Below, piece after piece: positions 26,432 through 40,082 of a stretch of 64,000 bases of DNA. The position numbers were made by a program, and so were the translations under genes. Below the pieces are notes generated by a model, which did not search any database, was not told the DNA's origin, and saw only the letters and a program-made list of their open reading frames with translations. The DNA is from Octopus vulgaris (taxonomy: Eukaryota), in contig OX597818.1 in assembly GCA_951406725.2 (NCBI GenBank), positions 35,092,001 to 35,156,000 on the forward strand, in the 5' to 3' direction. Each line of letters opens with the position of its first letter. Positions within the stretch are counted from its first letter, which is position 1.

Positions 26432-26874
26432 TTAACCCTTTAGCATTCAGATTATTTTGTTAAAAGTAATTCTTATCTATTCACGTTTTAAAAAATTAAC
26501 CCTTTCATTACTGTATTTATTTTGAGATACTCTGTATTTCTTTCAGTTACTTTAAATATAACAAAGAATTTAGTAAATTAACTTCGTTATCATTAATCTA
26601 GTGTTAGGAACATAAATTCTAACTAAGATTTGGTGGAAGATTTGAATTCAAAACTTATGAAAACAAGACATTTGCCAGAGCCAGTTTCAGCCAAGTTGGT
26701 AACGAAAGGGTTAATCTGGTGTTCTCTTGTAGCTTCAGGATTTGAAAGATGTAATTATTTATTTTTAGAATGACACTGCAGCACAGGTTTGAGATGCTGG
26801 TTCTGGCCAGTTTGAATATACAATGGGTAGAATATTTGGGCTGGATACAGCTGGTTTAAAAACTAAAGGGTTAA
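26432..26874. mobile_element. Nested piggyBac-like MITEs (inner 26496-26714)
   Basis: Outer TTAA|CCCTTTAG...CTAAAGGG|TTAA. Inner TTAA|CCCTTTCATTAC...GTAACGAAAGGG|TTAA. Confidence 0.75.
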
Positions 26875-26893
26875 AACAAAAAATTTGTATCAT

Positions 26894-27011
26894 AGGCATA
26901 GGAGTAGCTGTGTGGTAAGTAGCTTGTTTACTAACCACATGGTTCCGGGTTCAGTCCCACTGTGTGGCACCTTGGGCAAGTGGGTTGACAGAAACTGAAA
27001 GAAGCCTGTCG

Positions 27012-27043
<32 letters not shown>

Positions 27044-27232
27044 TGTCCCCCCAACATCACTTGACAACCGATGCCGGTGTGTTTACGCTGCCGTAACTTA
27101 GCGGTTTGGCAAAAGAGACCGATAGATTAAGTACTAGGCTTACAAAGAATAAGTCCTGGGGTCGATTTGTTCGACTAAAGGTGGTGCTCCAGCATGGCCA
27201 CAGTAAAATGACTGAAACAAGTAAAAGAGTAT
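26894..27232 (+). mobile_element. SINE family A, internally deleted
   Basis: Head and tail are intact. Confidence 0.8.
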
Positions 27233-27409
27233 AGCTCCATGGGTGATCTGTGGCAGTTTGATATCAAAAGGGTTAAGCAAGTAAAGATGAGGCAAATGAA
27301 TGAAATAGTTGAATGGAAAGGTCAGAAATTACATTGTAAAAGAATAGGAAAGTGAGGAGCTATTTTAGTCATTAATCTTTCATGTGTTTTATATATATAA
27401 AAAAAAGGG

Positions 27410-27757
27410 GAAATGGTAAAGACCCTCTTGCTGTCATGAATGACCGTAAGATTGCACCTAAAAAGTTCCCCTTCCTTGGCACAAGTCCAACCAAGGTTGT
27501 GTATGGAAGACCGGCAGTTGCCCATGCATACCAGCTTCCCCTCTCTATGCCACCAATGTTATCCAAGAGAAAGGCAAAGGCTGATACAGCTTGGCACCAG
27601 TGACACCACAACTCATTTCTACAGCTGAGTGAACTGGAGTAATGTGAGATAAAGTGTCTTGCTTAAGAACACAACACACAGTCTGGTCTGGGACTTGAAC
27701 TTACTACCTCATGTTTGTGAGCCTGATGTTCTAACTACTGAGCCATGTGCCTTCATG
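27410..27757 (-). mobile_element. SINE family C2
   Basis: Reverse complement of 6424-6745. Confidence 0.75.
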
Positions 27758-28094
27758 TGTTTTATAGAATGTAGTAAAGAGGTGTAGAGAGTTGGGTAAA
27801 CATGTTTTGCTGTATTTAGTTACATCCTATCACATTCTGGGATCATCTAGGCTAGTGGTTCTCAACCAGGGTTCATATGACCCCTGAAGGTCCATATAAG
27901 ATTTTTGGGGTTCCATGCAACAGAATAGTAGATTGGGGACCCACAATAGTATTCTAAGGGCTCCTGAAAAATCTTTGGAAATTGTAGTTGTGGCCTGTGC
28001 CAGTTGCACATAACAGCTTCCGTGCCAGCAATACATAAGAACGGTTGGTGACACATAGTGTCTGCCGTTGACATATAAAAGCACCTGTGCCAGT

Positions 28095-28397
28095 TTGTTT
28101 GTTCCTTCTGGGGCCATGCCTGGCTCATAAGGGCCGGTTTCCTGGTCTCTTTGGCGTATAGGTTCCCCACCTGGACGGGACGCCGGTCCGTCGCAGGTGA
28201 TCCGCAAGATGCAGGAGGAAAGAGTGAGAGAAAGTTGTGGCGAAGGAGTCAGGAGAAGTTCGCCATTACCTTCTGTTGGAGCCGCGTGGAGCTTAGGTGT
28301 TTTGCTCGTAAACACACACATCGCCCGGTCTGAGATTCGAACCCATGATCCCTCGACCGCGAGTCTGCTGCTCTAACCACTAGGCCATGTGCCTCCA
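28095..28397 (-). mobile_element. tRNA-derived SINE family E
   Basis: TGGCCTAGTGG and GGTTCGAATC boxes, (AAAC)n tail, TSD CACCTGTRCCAGT. Homologous to 60085-60383. Confidence 0.85.
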
Positions 28398-29031
28398 CAC
28401 CTGTACCAGTGACACGTAAAAGGCATCCACTACACTCTTGGAGTGGTTGGCGTTAGGAAGGGTATCCAATCATAGACCCACTTATATAGTAGACCTTTGT
28501 CTAAAACCCTCAATAGAAAACCTATCGAATGTTTATATGAATATATGTATGTTTGTGTATAATTATTATAAGTGTATAAAAAGAAAAATACGAACTATTG
28601 CAATAATCCTCCCTTTTCAATACATGTAATATGTATGTACATATGAGTATGTCTGTATGTAAATATATATGTACGTATGTGTATGTATGTATATGTATAT
28701 ATATTTATGTATTCCTCATTTATATACCTATTCATTCCTACATAACTACAATAATCTTAAGATATTTTGTTTATATATTCCACTATTATTTCTCTTTTGA
28801 TAACTTTCTCCTTCCCTTGTTTATACTTTATCTACTAAGAATAATATGATACACCTAATAATATTAATAATAATAATAATAATTGATTCCTTGTTATGCA
28901 TATACATATGAATATAAAAATATAGAATTATATATTCGTGTGTTTATGTATGTTTATGTTTACGTATGTATATGTATAAGTGTGTATATGTGTATGTATT
29001 TGTATTTATAACTTAACCTTATGAACTTTCT

Positions 29032-29160
29032 AAACTCTCTGATGAAGCCCAGATGCACACTCAAGTACCTAAATCTTATCTACCAAATACTTCAGTTCAC
29101 TGAAGAGATATAAGTAGATGGGGTACTTTATCCTCTTGGCTGAAACAGCTGTAAGATATT
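29032..29160 (+). ncRNA. Hammerhead ribozyme motif with extended stem II
   Basis: CTGATGA 29039-29045, AGCC...GGCT stem II, GAAA 29142-29145, palindromic ACAGCTGT stem III, GTA triplet, TCT/AGA stem I. Confidence 0.55.
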
Positions 29161-29395
29161 ATCCTATCTTTTGTGATCTACATTATATATTTTAATAATT
29201 ACTGGTATTTTTATATATTGTATATGTAAAGCATATTATGCTATACATGTATATATATTGTTATAATGGTTTTTTTAAAAAAAATAGACATAATATAATC
29301 TCTAAAAGTTGATGAATACCACCTCTTGATCCACTCCATTTTCTCATTGCTGTATAAATTAAGGGTAAAAAACTTTTTTACCCTCACCCATTTAT
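29090..29395 (+). repeat. Dispersed repeat (probable PLE terminal repeat), also at about 31974-32285 and partly 20690-20845
   Basis: Shared CTTCAGTTCACTGAAG...GTTGATGAATACCAC sequence. Confidence 0.7.
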
Positions 29396-29642
29396 TACAT
29401 TCAGTAGTATAATTGCCATGCAAATAAGAAAAACACTTGTGTATTAATAATTGGGTTTTCTACCAGCAGTATATTGGATAGATATTATCCCTTAGTTGGT
29501 TGGATCCACAACCTCTAACTCTTTTGGAATTATGATATATATGGTATTTTTTTTTATTAGCTTTAAGCTTATAAAAAAATACCATTATTAATATTTACAG
29601 AACTGTAAAACTTGGCACCGTTTAACAAAATCACTAGCACCG

Positions 29643-29682
<40 letters not shown>

Positions 29683-29684
<2 letters not shown>

Positions 29685-30068
29685 GCGTAAGAGTGGCCGT
29701 GTGGTAAGTAGATTGCTTACGAACCACATGGTTCCGAGTTCAGTCCCACTGCTTGACACCTTGGGCAAGTGTCTTCTAATATAGCCTCGGGCTGACCAAA
29801 GCCTTGTGAGTCGATTTGGTAGACGGAAACTGAAAGAAGCCTGGCATATATATGTATAAATATGTGTGTGTTTATCCCCCCAACATCGCTTGACAACTGA
29901 TGCTGGTGTGTTTACGTCCCCGTAACTTAGTGGTTCGGCAAAAGGGACCGATAGAATAAGTATTAGGCTTACAAAGAATAAGTCCTGGGGTCGATTTGCT
30001 CAACTAAAGGCGGTGCTCCAGCATGGCCACAGTCATATGACTGAAACAAGTAAAGGAGTAAAAAAGAG
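29683..30068 (+). mobile_element. SINE family A
   Basis: Full copy. Confidence 0.85.
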
Positions 30069-30704
30069 TATATGTATATGTATATATGTGTGTGTGACCT
30101 ACATATGCTTGTCTGCACACACAGACACACTCTCCTATATTTTCAGTCACTTAACTAGTACCTCTATGTCTAGCATGAGGTCATATAGTACTATCACCAT
30201 ACACCTTTCACATTTCTATAGCTGTCTATCTTTAGGCTTTGGTCTCGTTTTCGTTGTGATTTCAGGCAATTCATCAATGGTAATGGTAGAGATAGTTTAT
30301 GTAAACATTTTGATGACAGTTTCTAGAGCATTGATTTTAAATGATCATATTAATTTTAATTGATTTTAAATAGTGTTTAGAACCTGAGGTTGACTTAATT
30401 GACAATGCTCTTCCTCCAACAAGTCATGACCTTGTTTCTATCTTTGAAATTGTTATCTTTGTGTGTGTGTGTGTGTGTAGCCTTAGTTTGATATTATGTG
30501 ATGGTTGTAAATGAACATCATTGTCATACAAGCAGTGTTGTTCATTTCCAGTCTTCCATGAAAGAATAAAAAAAAAGACATGTCTGATCATAGAGAAATA
30601 TTAATTTGCTTGGAAACAGGGGAGGGTTAGCAACAGCAAGTGCATCCAGGCATAGAAAATCTGCCTTAACAAATTCTTTCTGACTCATGCAAGCATGGAA
30701 AAGT

Positions 30705-31015
30705 ACTCTTTTACTTGTTTCAGTCATTTAACTATGGTCATGCTGGAGCACCGCCTTTAGTTGAGCAAATCGTCCCTAGGACTTACTCTTTGTAAGCCTA
30801 GTACTTATTCTATCAGCTTCTTTTGCCGAACCGCTAGGTTACGGGGACGTAAACACACCAGCATCGATTGTCAAGTGATGTTGGTGGGACAAACACAGAC
30901 ACACAAGCCTATACATACACATGCATACATACATACATACATACATACATACATACATACATACATACATACATACATACATCATACATACATCATTCAT
31001 ACATACATACATACA

Positions 31016-31051
<36 letters not shown>

Positions 31052-31230
31052 CACACACACACACACGGTGGGCTTCTTTTCAGTTTCCATCTACCAGATC
31101 CACTCGCAAGGCTTTGGTCGGCCCGAGGCTATAGTAGAAGACACTTGCCCAAGGTGCCACGCAGTGGGACTGAACCCAGAACCATGTGGTTGGTAAGCAA
31201 GCTACTTACCACACAGCCACTCCTGTGCCT
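30705..31230 (-). mobile_element. SINE family A with expanded (TACA)n
   Basis: Full copy. Microsatellite at about 30925-31045. Confidence 0.85.
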
Positions 31231-33491
31231 ATGTAGAAGATATTTTCTGAAAGAGTCATGCAGTTGAATTCAACTTAACCACACAGCTATGTCTGTGATT
31301 ACTTATAAACTGTTGTACTCTAGTGTAATCTAGTTTATTTTATAAACACATCTGTATTGAGTTAACAGCTGTCATTGTTTATACATGCTGTTCTGTAGTT
31401 ACAGCTGTCAAAATGTATAAACATTATTCTGTGGTTACATCTGTCGTCCTTTATAGACCTTATGACTTATCAGAGAGCTTTTACACTGCATGTGAAGCCT
31501 ACTCGTGTAATTGTCATAGGTGTTTTGTCCATCATTGTTATTATTCTATTGTCTTGCCATGTTTATGTAGACAGGACATCACAGACAGGGTTAGTCCACA
31601 TTTGGAGATATTGCTCTCACTGCTGGAAATAACTACCAAATTCTTTCATCACACCCTCTGTGTGAAAAATGTAATCTCCATTGAACAATGTAATTGTAGA
31701 TGGACAAAATCATGAGATATCCAAGACAGTAATACCTTTGGTATTAAGCCTGTTAATTCATGGTAAACTTTGGCTGTATAATTACTACTGTGTTGAAGTA
31801 CTGTGAAGGCACATGGCCCAATTGTTAGGGTGTTGCATTCGCAGTCACAAAATTTGGGTTCCGATGGGGTAGCACATTTGTTCTTGAGCAAAACCCTTCA
31901 TTTCATGTTGCTCCAGTCCACCCGGCTGTAATTGAGTAACTCTACAATGGACTGGCAACCTGATGAGGTAGGTCTTCAGTTCACTGAAGGGATATAAGTA
32001 GATCCGGGTACTTTGGCCTCTTGGCTGAAACAGCTGTAGGATATTATCCTATCTGTTATGATCTACATTGTATATTTTAATAATTACTGGTATTTTTATA
32101 TATTGTATATGTAAAGCATATTATGCTATACATGTATGTATATTGTTATAATGTTTTTTTGTTTTTTTTAAATAAATAGATATAATATAATGTCTGAAAG
32201 TTGATGAATACCACTTCTTTATCACCTCCATTTTCTTATTGCTGTATAAATTAAGGGTAAAAAATTTTTTTACTTTCACCCATTTTTGTGGTTTTGGTTC
32301 CTTATACACCATGGAACCCAGGTAACCAGCCCTGAAACAGTAGTGTCTAGCAGGGGTTGATGATGATATTGATGATGATGAAAACATGGTGATGATGTCA
32401 GCGATGATGAAAACAACAATGATCTATATTTATAGCAGTCATGACTAGAGAAATAGTGCAAAGACAATGCAGTGACATTGATGGATTAAGGCAGAAGTTA
32501 AGGGATTGCTACTGGTAGTATTCATCATCATGGATCTTAATTCTTTTGGTGACACTTTGATCTTAGCCAGAAGGCAATTGAAAGAATTACTGGATTTGAA
32601 TTACGGTCTTTGGAGACAGATGAATAAATTAGATGATTATTTTTTCTTTCTTTCTCCTTTTCATCTGTTCTGTTCTTCTTTCCTATGTACTAAATAGGTT
32701 AGTGTCAGCAGAAGGTGTATATGTAAAGTTTTAAGATTCTTGTGCTGACTGATTTTACAGGAGTGCTTGAAGAATTTCCTATGTGTGTGTGCACACTCAC
32801 ACACATGCACACACCATTATCATTGTTTCAATGTCCACTTTTCCATATAATTTGACGTGGCCTGTCATGTGATATGACCACTACTGAAGTTGCAACAGTT
32901 GTTATCTATAGCATTAAACACTTAGTACCATTAGTTCATCCTCTCACTTTAAATTGTTCACTTTTTGTAACACTCAATGTGATTACCGATTCCATATATA
33001 GGCTGCTTCTTTAAAGAACTCATAGTTTAAACCATTTTACTTAGTTAACTGGAGAGATCTTTGTTGTTATTGATGTGTGTGTCTGTGGGGAGAGAGAGAA
33101 AGTGTGAGTGAGTGAGTGAGATGAGGTGTGATCATATGGATTTAGATATAATGTACTGGTGGCGTGAGTGTATAGACATTGTGAAGTGTAGAGAGTAGAA
33201 GGAATGCTGGATAATTGTTTTTTCAGAGTGGGCTCACATTATGAGAACAAAATGCTAGAGAGTGATAGAACAAATAGCTTCACATGTTAACAAGGAAATA
33301 GGGTGCAGCATAGATGCATGATGAAAAAGTATATATATATATATATATATATATATTTAAATTTATATATATAAATTTAAATTTAAAATAATAAGGGTGA
33401 AAAATTGGATATTAATTTGATTGATATCAATTTAAAACCAGTGGTCTAGCATATTGAAAAATCTGAAGTTTCGGAAAAAATTATATTACCT

Positions 33492-33638
33492 ACATATAAG
33501 AGGGATGACCTATAAGTAGACATCCATTATGCTAGAAGAAGATTCTTCTTGAGAGCATTCCTTTCTTAGTGGTAAGACCATAGTGGATCTTCTTCTAGCA
33601 TAATGGATGTCCACTTACAGGTCATCCCTCTTATATGT
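33492..33638. repeat. Foldback/MITE-like inverted repeat with arms of about 52 bp
   Basis: ACATATAAGAGGGATGACC...GCTAGAAGAAGAT pairs with ATCTTCTTCTAGC...GGTCATCCCTCTTATATGT. Confidence 0.8.
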
Positions 33639-33739
33639 GTATATATATATATATGTGTGTGTGTGTGGCACATCAATGGCACCCATGCTTGTAGCATGTA
33701 AAAAGCACCCACTACACTCTTGGAGTGGTTGGCGTTAGG

Positions 33740-33899
33740 TACTAGCACAGCTAGAGTGTGTGCTACCTGGGGCAGCCCTTCTGTTTTCTGCCCCTGGACC
33801 CTGCAAAAAACACATATTGCCTACAGCAATAGCCTACAACAGGATGAAAAGTGCTGCCTGGGACGGAATGCCCTTCCCCCATTCCTGGCTACGCTAGTG
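33740..33899. mobile_element. hAT-like MITE inserted in a family D copy
   Basis: TIRs TACTAGCACAGCTAG / CTGGCTACGCTAGTG. Decayed 8-bp TSD GCGTTAGG / GCATCAGG. Confidence 0.65.
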
Positions 33900-36835
33900 G
33901 CATCAGGAAAGACATCGAGCCACAGAAACCATGTCAAATCAGATTGGAACCTGGTGCAGCTCCCTGGCTTACCAGTTTTCAGTCAAACTGTCTAACCCAT
34001 GTCAGCATGGAAAATGGACATTAAATGATGATGATTATGATGTGTGTATTATGTCTGTATTTACCCTTATCTTGACATCATGTGATAATTGTAAATGAGC
34101 ATGTTGCTTGTTTCCAGTCGTCACCTCTCCAAAAACATAGTCCTACATGTTCCATGTTTTTGTATGGTAATTTTTATCACAGAAGGACATGAGCTTATGT
34201 GATGTTCAGTAATTTCTCATCCGTGTCATAAATGACATGGACTAGTTTCGGCCAGAAATTAAAATTGGTTTGTAGACTTGATTCCTTATTGTGAGTTGAT
34301 CTACAGCAGGTTTCTTATTCTTTTACATAACAACACAGTCAGTTACGTTGTAGCTTGGAAGGGTCATTGTGCCAATAATGAACACACACTGACTCTATTT
34401 CACTTCTTTATTATCATTAGTCAATTTAAGGTGGTGAGTTGGTAGAATCTCTAGCATGCCAGACAAAATGCTTAGTGGCATTTCATCTGTCTTAATGTTC
34501 TGTGTTCAAATTCCCCTGAGGTTGACTTTGCTTTTCATCCCTTGAAGCTCAATGAAATAAGTACCAGTTGAGTACTGGGTTTGCTGTAATTGACTATCCC
34601 TCCCCCATTTCCCTAAATTTCAGGCCTTGTGCCTATAGTTGAAAGGATTGTTATTAGTTAGTTGGTTAACCATTTAACTAACTAATCAATTGCTTGAGTA
34701 ATTAACTGGTCAATCACGCAATCAATCAATCAATCATTTAGCTAAGTTTGTCAGTGTTCATTCATTGCCATTCTTGACCTCATCAATGACATGCCCTCCT
34801 TACTCCTGGTCTTCTTCAGGTCTAGGACTTTGACAAACCTAGCTGACTGGTTGACTGAATGATTAAGTAAACAATTGGTTAGTTAACTGGCCAGATGGTT
34901 AAGCAATTGACTAATAATAGTAAAAGTGAAATAGAACCAGTGCATGTGTTAGTTATTGGTGTAATGACCCTCTCAAGATACAACAAAATCTGTTTCAACA
35001 CATGGCTACTCACATTTAAAGGAGAGGATCAGAATGCTCAACATTGGCAAAGCATTACCATTGCCCCATTTCATTAGAATTTGCCAGAAATTTTACTGGT
35101 GAGTCAGTACTAGTATCCAAGGTATCCCAATAACTTGTATTGGAGATTCTTGCTACTAAATGTAGTAAATTAAGAGACTTACCAATTGGCAGAGTTTGAA
35201 ATGAAATAATGAATGGAGTAGGAAATGTATTGTTGAAAGACCAGAGTATAGGTTGGCTGGGTGACAGGATGGTCGGTGACTTATTGACTTTAGTAATGAC
35301 TCTGATGTTGGTATTGATTTCCTTGGATTAATCTTTTGGGAGTTATTTTAAAGGTAGGTAGTAGACATGTTTGTAATACATGAATAGTATTGGAATCTAG
35401 AAGCGAGGAAAATCAATGTTAAGCATGTTCTATAGTATTTGGTTCTTTAATCGGGTGGATAGGATATAGAATATAGTTCAGATTTGGTATTCCTTCAGTT
35501 TTTGGGTTTATTTATCTATTTAATAATTCTTTCTAATTATGGCACATATCAGCAATTTTGAGGGGAGGGGGGAAAATTGATTACATCAACTCCTCTACTT
35601 GACTGGTTCTTATTTTATTGACCTCAAAAGGGTGAAAGAGAAAGTTTACCTCAGTGGTATCTGAACTCAGGGCACAAGGCTAGAAGAAATGTCACTCAAC
35701 ATTGTGCCATCTCAGTACCTTTATTTCATAGTTACCATCAATTTTATGCAGTTATACACACACACACACACTATGTATATTTTTTTAGACCTGGCTGTGT
35801 GGTAACTTCGGCAAAATCTGGTGTTACCTGCCAATTCAAGGTCAAGAAGCTTGCTTCCCAACCACGTGGTTCTGGGTTCAGACCCATTGCATGGTACCTT
35901 GGGCAAGTATCTTCCACTATAGCCTTGGGTTGACCAAAGCCTTGTGGGTGGATTTGGTTGATAGAAAATGAAAGAAGTCCATCAATGAACTGAACAGGCA
36001 GGTTGGAACATGAAGAGTTTGTGAGGTTGAATTTCCCTTCTTTGAAGCATGGAACCTGTTTCTATGTAGTTCAGTTCTTTCAGTATTAGCACCTTCTCTG
36101 TACACACCACAAATGTCTTATGCAGCTTTGGAACCTTTAAATGAAAGCAAAGAGAAGGTGGTATTGAAAATATTCTTTTTTTCTCCCCCTTTTTTACTTG
36201 GTTCTTCGTCATTATCTGTCTGAAAGGAGTTAAAATTTATTCAAGTTTCAAAAATGATAAACAGAAGTTGTTGAGGAAACGAAGAGCTAAAAAACCCCGC
36301 CAAAAAACTACAAAACATTAATAAAAATAATTTTTGTGTGAATTTAAATAACATTAGAAAGAAATGAACAAATTTATCTGACAACCTAATCCTTGACTTT
36401 TGATTTGACAAAGTTCATGAAATTTGGTTAAGTTTGTATGCCATGGAACTCTACAGCCCACAGCATACAGATATCACTGAATAATTTTTACTGATGCAGA
36501 CCACCCCGAGTTTCCTCCTACTGCTTCTCCTTTTTATTATTTTATTTAATAGTCCAATATAAATTACATTGTATTATAGCAGCTCAGTGAATAGCTACTG
36601 TCTCTGTTCTGATTTATTTTAGTCAACTAATGTGGAATAAGGCTATCAGACAGCTATAGTCCTCTTTTGAAAATGTAGCTATAAAAACTGACAAAAAAAA
36701 AGTGCCGTGAAGCATACAAAGGGGTGTGTGTGTGTGTGTGAGTGTGTATTTATGCATATATATGTGTGTGTGTTTGCTTTTCTGTGAAGGTAAGATCAAC
36801 AAAAAAAGCACTCCCCATCTGTACAATGTACATTA

Positions 36836-36875
<40 letters not shown>

Positions 36876-37155
36876 GTATATATATATATTTACAGAGAGA
36901 TAGGGTGGGCCAAAACATACACACCCAGAGATATTAAAACTCATTTAATATAGATTGTACTGAAGAATAATAACTTCATATAAATATGTCAAATGTTTAG
37001 GTGCATGACTTTTGGCCCACTGTGTGTGTGTGTGTGTGTGTGTACACATATTCTTCCTACATTTCTGCTTTAGGATTGAAAATAAGTACCACTGACATTT
37101 GCTAGTTCTGTATTTGTAAATGTAACAAATGCATGTAGAACTTCCAACAGTAGAG

Positions 37156-37557
37156 TAATCTTCTCTACCATAGGCACAAGTCCTGAAATTTGGAAGGAGG
37201 GGGCCAGTCGAATAGATCAAACCCAGTATGCAACTGGTACTTAATTTATCGACCCCGAAAGGATGAAAAGGCAAAGTTGACCTCTGGGGGAATTTGAACT
37301 TGGAACGTAGTGGCAGACAAAATACCTATTTCTTTACTACCCACAAGGGGCTAAGCACATAGAGGACAAACAAGGATAGACAAATGGATTAAGTTGATTA
37401 TATCGACTCCAGTGTGTAACTGGTACTTATTTAATCGACCCCGAAAGGACGAAAAGCAAAGTCGACCTCGGCGGAATTTGAACTCAGAACGTTGCGGCAG
37501 ACGAAATACTGCTAAGCATTTCAGCCGGCATGCTAACGATTCTGCCAGCTCACCATC
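37156..37557 (-). mobile_element. SINE family B, dimeric copy
   Basis: Same unit junction as 4641-5035. Confidence 0.8.
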
Positions 37558-37692
37558 TTCCAGCAATAAAGCAATGTAGTACAAGCATTCACATGTCATG
37601 TCTATCTTGATATCTAGTGTTGTTTGTTGTTTAATCCAAAGTCTTCTCTGGGTGAGCAGAATTATAATCAAAGGCATTGCAACCTTAATTAT

Positions 37693-38082
37693 CTTTTTTA
37701 CTCTTTTACTTGTTTCAGTCATTTGACTGCAGTCATGCTGGAGCACTGCCTTTAAGTCAAACAAATTGACCCCGGGGCTTATTCTTTGTAAGCTTAGTAC
37801 TTATTCTATCGGTCTCTTTCGCCGAACCGCTAAGTTACGGGAGACATAAATATTCCAACATCGGTTGTCAAGCAATGGTGGGGGAACAAACACAGACACA
37901 TAAACACACACACACATATATATATATGACGAGCTTCTTTCAGTTTCCATCTACTAAATCCACTCACAAGGACTTGGTTGGCCTGAGGCTATAGTAGAAG
38001 ATACTTGCCCAAGGTTCCAGACAGTGGCACTGAACCAGGAACCATGCAGCTGGTAAGCAAGCTACTTATCACACAGCTACAT
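37693..38082 (-). mobile_element. SINE family A
   Basis: Full copy. Confidence 0.85.
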
Positions 38083-38394
38083 CTGCTAGAAATAGCAGTT
38101 GGGGTGAACACATTGAACCTTGTACACGGTTCATTGTGAAAAAAAGTGTATATATGATGGCATCTGCTATTTCTAGCAGGTTGGGGTGACCACAGTAAGG
38201 CTCCCTTCTTTTATCTTTTACTTGTTTCACTCATTAGGCTGTAGCCATGCTGGGGCATTGCCATCAACAATTTGACCTGTGTACATATTATTTATAGAAT
38301 CTGGTACTTATTCTATTGCTCTCCTTTGCTGAACCACTAAGTTATGAAGATATAAACACACCAAGACCAGCACTTGTTGTCAAACAGTAGCAGG

Positions 38395-38682
38395 AGAATT
38401 CATCTACGAAGTAATTGCCCCAGCTCCCCTTCAGTGTTGGCCAAAGCGATGTGCTGGACAACAAAAAACCTGGCTGATGACAGTCAAGGCTGATCTGGAA
38501 CCCAACCTAGGCCTCCCATATCTACGGCATTTGCCACTGGAATAAGGAGTGGTTGGAGATCATGCGGTCATTAACCTCAAATTGCCAGGTCTTTTTGGCA
38601 TTTGTGAGAGATGCAGCATTGAGGATGAATGAAGCCAGCTCAACCCACCCCGGGTGAATGCTGTCTCAAGACAAGACAAGAA
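38395..38682 (+). mobile_element. LINE 3' end (RTE-like) inserted in an old family A SINE (38210-38853, -)
   Basis: KTWLMTVKADLEP motif and (CAAGA)n tail. Confidence 0.6.
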
Positions 38683-39326
38683 GGCAGAGGACAAACACAC
38701 ACTTCTTTCAATTTTACCAAATCCACTTGCAAGGCTTTGGTTGTCCTGAGGCTATAGAAGAAGACACTTGTCTAAGGTGTCATGCAGTGGGACTGAACCC
38801 AGAACCATATGGTTGTAAAGCAAGCTTCTTACCACACAGCCATGTCAGCGCCTATACTATTGGTTCATTGTGGGGAAGAAAAAAAGCATATTTATTATAG
38901 CATCAGATATAAATTATTGTTTTGAACAAAAGGCTGGCTTCCTCTGATGCTATCTATAGATCTGAATAGTACCAGAATGACCATTGATTCCAATTTTGTT
39001 TTGGCAGGTTGTTTTCTGTTATATTTTGGTAAGCAGTATTTGTGGAAGGATGGGAGAGGTGGGGAGGGGAAACCTGTCTGGAAGTTGTTGGAAGTTAATT
39101 TATATGACATAAGTCGAAAGTTTATTTTAATTAATTAACAGTAACATTACTTGTGGTGTGTAGTCCAGCTTCCTGTCCCGATATATATTTCTTTCATCAG
39201 TTTAACATCATAGAAACTAGAATGAACCTTGTAGTCTGTAAAAGATTAGCATCTTGGCTAGCAGTCTCTTCCTCAGTCGACCAATTTCTCCTACTGAGTT
39301 AAATTTGGTAGACAGAAACATTGTGC

Positions 39327-39488
39327 TTCATCATCATCACTGCCATCACCATCACTGCCACTACCACCACCACCATCATCATCACCACCATTACCACCAT
39401 CACCATCACTACTACCATCACCATCACCACCATCATCATCATCATCATCACCATCATGATGATGATGGTCATCTTCACCATCATCATC
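39327..39488. repeat. (CAT/CAC)n compound microsatellite
   Basis: Read directly. It explains the poly-His, poly-Asp and poly-Thr ORFs. Confidence 0.95.
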
Positions 39489-40082
39489 AAACAAAATTCT
39501 TTGGGGTATTTTGTTGTGCCATTTTCTTTCATCAGTTCAAATCCTCTTTTCTATGTTTGCATGGGTCTGATGGAATTCATTGAGGCAGATTTTTACGGCT
39601 GGATGCCCTTCCTGTCATCAACCCTCACCGGTTTCCAAACAGGTTAATATTTCTCCATAGCCGGACTCGTTTATGCAGATTGGGAATAAATAACACCAAT
39701 TGATTGACGGTGACATTTGCTCACAACTATCATGTGATGTCAAAACAAAGGGACACCTCTCACAGACATTTACGATGGGCTTCCTTTAATTTCTATCCAT
39801 CAAATTCACTAACAAGATTTTGGTCAGTCTGGAGCTATAGTAGAAGACGCTTACCAAAGATGCTTCCATTGGAATTGAACTCAAAACCATGCAGTTGGGA
39901 AGCAAACTTCTTAACTGCATAGTCATGCTGATGTAGATATCTATGATCCTAAAGAGGAACTAATTAATCATTTGATAAACAAAGATTGATGAAACAGATT
40001 TTAGACTATGTGCTGAGGGTAGGGCACTAATCTCCTAATATAATAATGAACGAAGTGTCTTTATATATGTGTGTGTGTGTGT

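Noticed and set aside
30761-31267. Recurrent ORFs of the type FRLPNPLTRLWSARGYSRRHLPKVPRSGTEP
   Set aside because: Antisense translation of SINE family A, repeated in many copies.
31955-32045. Complete hammerhead (CTGATGA...GAAACAGCTGTA)
   Set aside because: The CTGATGA arises at a SINE/repeat junction, and stems I and II pair poorly.
36893-37023. Tc1/mariner-like MITE (GTGGGCCAAAA...TTTTGGCCCAC)
   Set aside because: Only an 11-bp inverted match, with ends lost in microsatellites. Plausible but not supportable.
39254-39647. His-, Asp/Gly- and Thr-rich ORFs
   Set aside because: Translations of a (CAT/CAC)n microsatellite.
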